IMG/VR virus record: IMGVR_UViG_3300042147_000020
Coordinates: 124,001 to 188,000 of that record
Reading direction: 5' to 3' (one strand)
Length of the DNA stretch: 64,000 bases
Part shown: one piece after another, positions 57,599 to 64,000 of the stretch
Layout of the letters: each line of letters opens with the position of its first letter
How positions within the stretch are numbered: the first letter of the stretch is position 1
The notes under the pieces: generated by a model
The model's database searches: none
Told to the model about the DNA's origin: nothing
The model's input: the letters and a program-made list of their open reading frames with translations, nothing else
Translations under genes and position numbers: made by a program

Positions 57599-59164
57599 AT
57601 GAGTAAGCTAGCCGCCTACCTCCCCTCGATGGAGGAAGAACAATACGAACCAGAAATCCGTGACGATCACACTGAGTTCTCTCAGTTCGACGTGACTACC
57701 ACTGGTGCTGAAGTTGACCAAGCACTCGCCGACCACAGTACCACTGGTGAGATCATCGCCACGTTGGAAAGTATCCTCGACGACATCGAAGCTACTGACA
57801 GTCTGACTCCGCAGTCGCGTGTGTTTATCGGCCATTCGATTCAGTCGGTACAACACCGCATCGGCTTGGTTGTTCGCACGCCTTCGATGGAAGCGAATGA
57901 TGAAGACGGTCGCCAGATCTCCATGGAAGGGATCGCCCAAGGGTTGGCTAAACTCTGGGAAGGCACTGTTGAACTGATCCGTAAGATCCTTCGCAGCATC
58001 CGTGACTTCTTCGCCACGATCCTCGGCTTCGGTAAACGTAAAGAGAAGCGCATCAAGTATCAACTGGAGAAGGCCAAGGAAGGTGGCAACGATGCGTCGA
58101 TCTCCAAGCTGGCTGAGAAGAACCTGCTCAAGCACTTGAAAGACGTGTCTTCGGTACAGAAGGTTCTCGACAATCTGGTAGCTACGCCACTGGGGAAGGA
58201 ACGTCCAGAGCAACTGGTTCTACTGTCTCCAGCGTCAGCCCAGATCGTGGTGCGTGAAAGCGATGGTCAGGTGGACAGTTCTCGTCCAATGACGGTCAAC
58301 GGTCAAGACATCGTGGCCATGCGTAAGAAAGACGTGCAGGCCGTGAGTCATATGTCCTTGGGTCAGGTCAAACACGCTCTGATTACTGCCATGGTGGTTA
58401 ACGGTGGTCGTACGTTCCTTACTAAGGAGAAGGACTTCGTCTTGATGTCTCACGAAGACGTCAACGAGATGGTGTGGGACACTGCGTTCCGGGGTAAGGA
58501 AGCCCGTCAGAAAGGTAAGGAGCTGTCAGCACTGCTGATGAAGATTGCTAATAAAGCTGAGAAAGCTTTTACTAGCGTCGATGCTTTTAACCGACACAAT
58601 GTCAACATCTCAGACGAGTTGTTAAACGCCACTCGCATTGAGCGCGCCGCTGTCTTCAAGCTCTTCCGTGAGTTCGTTGGTAAGGGCGACATGGTACCGT
58701 TGGGTTCAGCAATGTTGCGCGTAGTGGATCATCATCCTGAACACTTGCAGATTGCCAAGTTCGATCACATTCCTGTGGTCAGCGAGAACATCGGTAAAGT
58801 CGTGAAGATCAAGTTCCCACAATACGGGGAAGTGAAGAAAGCGGCTGACGGTATCGTGACGGTTACACTGTTGAGTAACTTCAACGGTTCAATCGACGCT
58901 GCACTCAAAGGCTTCGAGGACGTACTGAAAGTCTACGAGCGGTTACAAGCGTGGGCGATTAGTAATGCGAAGGGTGATAACATCATCCAACGTCAGGTCA
59001 GTAGCTGCATCCGTGAAATGTACGACGAGCCAGTGAAGTACTTCAGTTCGTACATCCGTGCGGTTGGCGTAATGGAAACAGTCGTGATTGGTTGGGGTGA
59101 TTCTATCACTCACCCGTTGAGCAAGCTGACAGATTCCAAGAACCTGATGGCTGAACTCGCCTAA
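57599..59164 (+). CDS. Internal head protein of the phiKZ paralog type, with an acidic propeptide
   Basis: Acidic N-terminus with S-M-E sites (LPSME, TPSME, ISMEG), followed by the amphipathic LAKLWE..VELIRKIL..IRDFF helix. Confidence 0.7.
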   Translation: MSKLAAYLPSMEEEQYEPEIRDDHTEFSQFDVTTTGAEVDQALADHSTTGEIIATLESILDDIEATDSLTPQSRVFIGHSIQSVQHRIGLVVRTPSMEANDEDGRQISMEGIAQGLAKLWEGTVELIRKILRSIRDFFATILGFGKRKEKRIKYQLEKAKEGGNDASISKLAEKNLLKHLKDVSSVQKVLDNLVATPLGKERPEQLVLLSPASAQIVVRESDGQVDSSRPMTVNGQDIVAMRKKDVQAVSHMSLGQVKHALITAMVVNGGRTFLTKEKDFVLMSHEDVNEMVWDTAFRGKEARQKGKELSALLMKIANKAEKAFTSVDAFNRHNVNISDELLNATRIERAAVFKLFREFVGKGDMVPLGSAMLRVVDHHPEHLQIAKFDHIPVVSENIGKVVKIKFPQYGEVKKAADGIVTVTLLSNFNGSIDAALKGFEDVLKVYERLQAWAISNAKGDNIIQRQVSSCIREMYDEPVKYFSSYIRAVGVMETVVIGWGDSITHPLSKLTDSKNLMAELA

Positions 59165-59168
59165 CACG

Positions 59169-59207
59169 CGGCATAGAGGGAGGGCTCACGCCCTCCCTCG
59201 TTATGCC
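59169..59207. terminator. Bidirectional hairpin with TATGCC motifs
   Basis: cggcata-gagggagggc-tcac-gccctccctc-gttatgcc. Confidence 0.75.
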
Positions 59208-59617
59208 CCTTGTGCTCCAAGTAACAACTTCACCAGCTCCATGCCGGTACTGAAGATAGTGTTCAGGGTTTCTACGTCCATCCCACCTTCTTCACTAGAG
59301 TACATAAAGGTGGACATCGCTCCAATCACCACCATGGCCAACGCAATGATCACCGCACCGGCTTTCATAATGTTCACCCCACGGGATGAGCTTGAACCGA
59401 AGCCCTCCAGGTTACCGATGTCCATGGTCAGAATAGCGACTTGGGTTTTATCCTCCATCACTACAATCTTTTCCATAACTTGGTCACCAGTATCGGCCAA
59501 AGTAACCAGCTTGTCGTCTGGCAGATGGAAGTTGCAGATCTTCACGATCATTCCTCCCCATGACTTAGTGCCGATTGCCTCTGAACCGAGAACCCCTAGC
59601 GCGCCTCCGATGTTCAT
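59201..59617 (-). CDS. Membrane protein with a C-proximal TM helix
   Basis: AGAVIIALAMVVIGAMSTFM; GGGGAG RBS. Confidence 0.6.
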   Translation of the reverse strand: MNIGGALGVLGSEAIGTKSWGGMIVKICNFHLPDDKLVTLADTGDQVMEKIVVMEDKTQVAILTMDIGNLEGFGSSSSRGVNIMKAGAVIIALAMVVIGAMSTFMYSSEEGGMDVETLNTIFSTGMELVKLLLGAQGA

Positions 59618-59648
59618 ATTGCTCCCCTCGCTCGCAATGCGTGCTATA

Positions 59649-59891
59649 TCAGCTATCCATCTGGTACCTCGAGGTAATCTGGACTCTGGTCTGAGTCTTC
59701 AACCCCTTTGCCTCTATTTCCAACTGCTGGTTGGTTCCTTCCAAGCTCTCTGCCTTTTGAGCAGCTTCGGCTAAAGCTTTAGCAGTGTCATCGTAGTACC
59801 AATACAGTCCATAGAACAGACCGGTAACTAGAAGTAGTCGGAGACTATGTTTACCAGTCCCCCTGAAAATTAACACCATCCGTGATTTCAT
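59649..59891 (-). CDS. Small protein with an N-terminal TM helix and coiled coil
   Basis: LRLLLVTGLFYGLYWYY followed by AKALAEAAQKAESLEGTNQQLE. Confidence 0.5.
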   Translation of the reverse strand: MKSRMVLIFRGTGKHSLRLLLVTGLFYGLYWYYDDTAKALAEAAQKAESLEGTNQQLEIEAKGLKTQTRVQITSRYQMDS

Positions 59892-60478
59892 ATCCCCGCA
59901 CCCTTAACGAAATTGATTAACGCTAAGCATTTGAAGTAACCTACGGCGATGCTGTCAGTGGAGTGCTCGTCGAGATCCTCAATGCGCTTACCAGACATGT
60001 TCCGAAAGTTAGGCAACTTCAGAATAGCCCACTTGACATCATCTTTGTTCTTGCTCTTACCAGACACGCCCACTGCCATCTTTGCCGAAGGAGGATCAAC
60101 TGTCTCCAAAGGCATGCAGAGATCGTATTCGTAGAGCGCGCGACGGATGGCAGTCTTGCATTCAACCAGTGCTTCGAAGGCCTGCGGAAATCGCCCCAAG
60201 AAGGGCGACTCACAGATCAAAGAATGAATACCAAAGTAGCGCATCCAGTTCAACAGCTCCACGCCGTGAGAATGGAGTTTAGCCCATCGACCACCGTGTA
60301 CTTCTTCTACGCCGGGATACCGACGCATGTTACGGCTCCCGTGTAGGGTGTTGACGTCCCGAAGGATAATCTCCCCAGTAAAGAGATCCACGTCGAGGAT
60401 ACAAGTCCCCAAGGTGTCTGTACCAGGGTCGATAGCGCCTACACGAAAGTAACGACTGTGTTCAGGGATAAACAACAT
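59888..60478 (-). CDS. RuvC-like Holliday junction resolvase
   Basis: AIDPGT..LG, CESPF, P..AK.AV and DEHSTDSIAV. Confidence 0.85.
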   Translation of the reverse strand: MLFIPEHSRYFRVGAIDPGTDTLGTCILDVDLFTGEIILRDVNTLHGSRNMRRYPGVEEVHGGRWAKLHSHGVELLNWMRYFGIHSLICESPFLGRFPQAFEALVECKTAIRRALYEYDLCMPLETVDPPSAKMAVGVSGKSKNKDDVKWAILKLPNFRNMSGKRIEDLDEHSTDSIAVGYFKCLALINFVKGAGI

Positions 60479-60484
60479 AAGCGA

Positions 60485-61351
60485 TTAACCGTTGTTAGCA
60501 CTCACGTAGTCGGCGTCAGACAGCAACGGCTCGGTAGCACCCAGTTCGATGTCCTGAGTGAAGCCTTTGTTAGTGAAGGCTACGGAGTGGTGAGTAGTGA
60601 TGAAGGAGTTCACCTGACAGGCGATAACTTCTTTCATGTTGAACTGCGTGTTACCTGGACCTTGAACAGTCAGGGTACGGTCAACACCGGAACACAGACC
60701 GATCTCGGAGATCACGGCGTAGGCTTCGTTGTCGAACAGAATGCGGCAAGCGTCGATCAGCTCTTTCACGTCTTCGGCACTGAAGATCAGTGTCAAGATA
60801 CTCGAGGTCGACAGGTAGTCGCCAGACGAACTGATCACACCGGTGTTCGACATCACTGGTGGAGTCGGGTTCAGGTTAGCCAGGTTCGGTACGTACGGTT
60901 CGGTAACTTTCTGGTCACCGTCGACGATCGTGTGGTTGATGGCCGGAGCAGTGTTCGCCAAGCTGATGCGCTTGAGGTAGTACGCCCAGTAGTTGGTACC
61001 AGCGATGTTCAACAGTACCCGCAGTGCGTAACGACTACGTTCGATGACGGTCAGGTCATTGTCGACGCGGCGCAGTACAAAAGGCAGGTGACGGTACAGA
61101 GCAGCATCGGAAGCTCGGTGTGGCAAAGGAGATGTGTAAGGAACACCATCGGCGCCCACCATGTTCTTGTGACCGCCGTTACCGATACAGTAGTACTGCA
61201 TTGCGGGGCGTTCGAGTTCACTGAGTTCTTCATCAACAAAGACGTTGAACTTCTCGTTGAGAGTGGTGTGGTCCAGAATCGTTGGGCGTTGACCCAGAAG
61301 CAATGAGGTCTGAAGGGATGAGCCCCAGACACTACGGGTAATTGTTTTCAT
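60485..61351 (-). CDS. Conserved virion (baseplate/tail) protein, phiKZ gp139-like
   Basis: TLNEKF..YYCIGNGGH..LY.HLPF..R..DL...YYLK..ISEIGLCSGVD; ATG at 61351. Confidence 0.7.
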   Translation of the reverse strand: MKTITRSVWGSSLQTSLLLGQRPTILDHTTLNEKFNVFVDEELSELERPAMQYYCIGNGGHKNMVGADGVPYTSPLPHRASDAALYRHLPFVLRRVDNDLTVIERSRYALRVLLNIAGTNYWAYYLKRISLANTAPAINHTIVDGDQKVTEPYVPNLANLNPTPPVMSNTGVISSSGDYLSTSSILTLIFSAEDVKELIDACRILFDNEAYAVISEIGLCSGVDRTLTVQGPGNTQFNMKEVIACQVNSFITTHHSVAFTNKGFTQDIELGATEPLLSDADYVSANNG

Positions 61352-61434
61352 TTGAAAAACCTTTATCAACAAGAGGTGACAGAGTCGACACAGGGCCAAC
61401 TAAATTAATCTGGTTCACAGTATAACTGTACAGA

Positions 61435-61466
61435 CGGCATAGAAGGAGGCCGAAGCCTCCTCGTAT
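61435..61466 (-). terminator. Hairpin plus CTATGCCG element
   Basis: On the minus strand: aggaggc-ttcg-gcctcct-tctatgccg. Confidence 0.7.
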
Positions 61467-61468
61467 GT

Positions 61469-62041
61469 TTAAGCATCCATCGTGGTAACAGAACCCAGCG
61501 TAGTAGTACCCGCCAAGTAATCCAATTGACCACCACTCGGATCAACCACCTTAATGTAGAAACTGCCACCACCAGCGCTCTTCGGAATGAACCGAGGAGA
61601 CTTGTCAGCGACCTTCAACTCGAACACACCCGCCACAGCCATCGCAGCCGTGATCTGAGTATCGTCAGTCATCAACGTGGTCGTGTTTGGAATCAAGACG
61701 TCTTGTGCCTCGATCACCAAACCGTACTGTACTTTGAGACTGGCTTTCAGTGTAGAGAAGCTGAAAGGGAAGTTGGCAGGGAATGGTAGTTGCACCACGC
61801 CGTTCATCAGGGTCGTGACGTTACCGCGTTTGTACTTCAGAGTCATCGCCCCTTTGTACTTACCCGGAGTCCCGTCGGTGGCTACGATCCGAGCGGTACC
61901 CACCACTGTGATCATGTCAGCAGCGTGGGTGTAGATCAGATCCAGATGAGGAATCTCCAGATACACATCGTTCGAATCTTGGAACAATGCGATCAGCGTT
62001 TCGTCACCCGTGCTCTTTAAAACTGTTGCTAATTCCAACAC
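61469..62041 (-). CDS. Tail/baseplate protein (phiKZ gp131-135 family-like N-terminal domain)
   Basis: Y.G...LKYKR motif and SPRF; GGAG RBS before the GTG. Confidence 0.5.
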   Translation of the reverse strand: MLELATVLKSTGDETLIALFQDSNDVYLEIPHLDLIYTHAADMITVVGTARIVATDGTPGKYKGAMTLKYKRGNVTTLMNGVVQLPFPANFPFSFSTLKASLKVQYGLVIEAQDVLIPNTTTLMTDDTQITAAMAVAGVFELKVADKSPRFIPKSAGGGSFYIKVVDPSGGQLDYLAGTTTLGSVTTMDA

Positions 62042-62053
62042 GGCGATTACTCC

Positions 62054-63304
62054 TTACAATTTACTCAGGTTATAGTGGATCAACAGTTTGCCCCGCGCGT
62101 TAGTACAGAACTCCTCATTCAACTTCACAACGAAGATGTAACCAAAGTACACGTTGTATGCTTCAGGGTACCGTCTGTTGTAACCGTTGAACTCCACCGT
62201 GGCCCCGTAGAGGTTGTTGGGTGATGGGCGATTCACACATTTAAAGCGTGCTTCGCCCACAGCGTCTGCTTGACGATAGATGTCATTCAGGAACGCTACA
62301 TCCAAGTTGTGAGTGAGGAACTGGTAGTCGGTTGGGAACTGGACAATCTGTGCAGGGTAGTTGTGTCCGTGGACTTGACCCAGACCTAACAACTCAGCCG
62401 GTTGCTTGAACACAATCGGGAACTCTGGAATGATGACCGGAATCCGTGAGTTGTAATAGACGACCAACGTACCCGAGACATCGGTACAGTGGGCTGGTGA
62501 CAATTGAATCACCAACACCTTAGTCGAAGCACGGTTATACGGTACCGCACCAATGTCTTCCACTCGACCGTTAAACGTCACACGAGCACCGAAGAGGTTC
62601 TTAGGTCCAGGTGTAGCAGCGTACGTCCAAGTCTGACCTACACCGACTCCAAGGTTGGCGTAGAGGGTATCCATGATGGTAGCGAGATACGCACCGTCTT
62701 GAACCGCCCCACGTTTGATCACCTTCAGATAACTACCGTAGTAGATACCGTCGGTGAAAGGTTTGTCGTAGGTGACGAAAGGACGGCCTTGGTTCTGTAC
62801 TGGATTCAACGAACCCAAGTCAGTTACCAGAGCAATGTCCGCCAAGTCTTCCCGAGGCATCAGGTTGACTACGAGTTCCCCAATCCACCGGAGAGAACGA
62901 GGAGTAGCACGCAGCCGATAACCGTGAGCATTGGCCACAGTAATGATTTCTTCATAGAAGTCGTCCGAGTCGAACTGGTAACCATAAGCATCCCGCAAGA
63001 TGTCTAGGAACGCTGAGGTGGTGGTGGGTAAGTCCATCGTGACGTTGATCTTAACGCCATCGAAGAACGTGGCTGCATCCAGCCGGTTGTATGTGAAGTC
63101 TGCCTCACCCACAAACGGGACTGGGGCAAACGGATCAAAGCTTTTACGTACCTTGAGCAGTACTTTGGTTTCACGACCAGAAACGACTGTTGGGTTCAAG
63201 ATGGCAATAGTGTCGTCTTGCAACTGTATAGTGTTTCGTGAGTTGATCAGTTCAAGCAAAGCCGCTCTAGGAGATAAGTTGAGCAAACCAATCGTGTCTA
63301 GCAC
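62054..63304 (-). CDS. Tail/baseplate protein (phiKZ gp131-135 family-like)
   Basis: LLELIN..N...G...FTYNRLD...SLRWIG.L N-terminal domain, then a duplicated NL(F/Y)GA.V.FNG...V..L....CT...G.L...YN module. Confidence 0.6.
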   Translation of the reverse strand: MLDTIGLLNLSPRAALLELINSRNTIQLQDDTIAILNPTVVSGRETKVLLKVRKSFDPFAPVPFVGEADFTYNRLDAATFFDGVKINVTMDLPTTTSAFLDILRDAYGYQFDSDDFYEEIITVANAHGYRLRATPRSLRWIGELVVNLMPREDLADIALVTDLGSLNPVQNQGRPFVTYDKPFTDGIYYGSYLKVIKRGAVQDGAYLATIMDTLYANLGVGVGQTWTYAATPGPKNLFGARVTFNGRVEDIGAVPYNRASTKVLVIQLSPAHCTDVSGTLVVYYNSRIPVIIPEFPIVFKQPAELLGLGQVHGHNYPAQIVQFPTDYQFLTHNLDVAFLNDIYRQADAVGEARFKCVNRPSPNNLYGATVEFNGYNRRYPEAYNVYFGYIFVVKLNEEFCTNARGKLLIHYNLSKL

Positions 63305-63384
63305 TATCCTCACTCCTTTACACAAAAAAGAAAAGGCCCCCACACACCCTGTGTTAAAGGATGTGTGGAGACCCTCCGATGGGG

Positions 63385-64000
63385 TTAATCAGGTGGGTTC
63401 AATGACAAACCTAGCAGTAGAGATGCCTCAACTCCTAGCAATCGTTGTAGCACCAACCCAGGCTGTCGCGTAGTGAGGATCACGTCAGCCAGAGGGGTGG
63501 CGTACGTGAATCCAACGAGCTGAGGATTCAGTACGAGCTGGTCAGGCGACGGTGGATAGTCTAAACCACCCATGTCAGGGATCAGGTTCAGTCGGCGTTC
63601 AGTGTTCTTATAATCGAACCCTAAGCCAACATCATTGATCGCCAGTGCAGGTGGCGGTTCTGGATAATCCAACCCATCCGACTCAGCAGCTATCAACAGC
63701 GGCTGTTGTACAGGCTCATACTCAAACCCAGACAGTGTAGGACTTACGGTCAACTCGCCCTCTGGTGGCGTGTAGTCAAACCCGTCTTGAACCGCTGTCA
63801 ACTCTAAGTGAGGTGGAACGATCTCGTACGTAAAGCCGTCCAATGTATCAGCCAGTACCATTGTTGGAACAGGGCTTGGGCTGTAGTCAAAACCGTTAGG
63901 CTGAACCAAGGCCAAAGCTGTTTCATCAAAGACTGGGTAATCAAACCCATTGACAGTAATCTCTTCCCACGGAATGTCCGTAGTCGGAGCGTAGTCAAAG
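63385..64000 (-). CDS. Virion protein C-terminus with G(F/L)xY repeats; start lies beyond the window
   Basis: The frame is open to the edge (FDYAPTTDIPWEEITVNGFDYPV...), with GFDY/GFTY/GFEY/GLDY every ~16-18 aa. Confidence 0.7.
   Translation of the reverse strand, partial: FDYAPTTDIPWEEITVNGFDYPVFDETALALVQPNGFDYSPSPVPTMVLADTLDGFTYEIVPPHLELTAVQDGFDYTPPEGELTVSPTLSGFEYEPVQQPLLIAAESDGLDYPEPPPALAINDVGLGFDYKNTERRLNLIPDMGGLDYPPSPDQLVLNPQLVGFTYATPLADVILTTRQPGLVLQRLLGVEASLLLGLSLNPPD

Noticed and set aside
1970-63473. Many 60-280 aa antisense or overlapping ORFs (e.g. 1970-2644, 5935-6636, 9935-10630, 15941-16657, 60458-61306)
   Set aside because: They lie opposite well-supported genes and are explained by codon bias giving few antisense stops. 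They show no motifs or RBS.
1-64000. tRNA, rRNA or IS elements
   Set aside because: Intergenic gaps are short and occupied by hairpins. No cloverleaf, transposase or terminal inverted repeats were recognised by eye; tRNAscan/Infernal were not run.

Overview
The window is a late/structural segment of a phiKZ-like (Chimalliviridae-type) jumbo phage genome. This is supported by a prohead protease (running off the left edge), three split virion RNA polymerase subunits, a 2263-aa tail protein with a lytic transglycosylase domain, UvsX, RNase H, an SbcC-like ATPase, a central spike plus PAAR pair, His-repeat tail fibres, a modular endolysin and a RuvC-like resolvase. phiKZ gp numbers below come from recalled motifs and synteny, not from a search. 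The standout feature is an ~11 kb, tightly coupled, 14-gene operon (45686-56829) between the tail fibre genes and the endolysin. It encodes six radical SAM enzymes with C-terminal Cys clusters, one JmjC/cupin hydroxylase, three paralogous 2OG-Fe(II) oxygenases, three unknown proteins, and a 183-aa Gly/Ala/Thr/Asn-rich protein ending in CHTS-CHGA-CHGS-RGRR. That architecture suggests a RiPP-like post-translational modification system, possibly acting on a tail or adhesin protein. Also notable are a recurrent hairpin+TATGCCG gene-end element, a small early-promoter (TATATTAC) island, a NADAR-like gene, and a MazG-like protein with a very acidic tail. No tRNA, rRNA, CRISPR array, intein or IS element was recognised.
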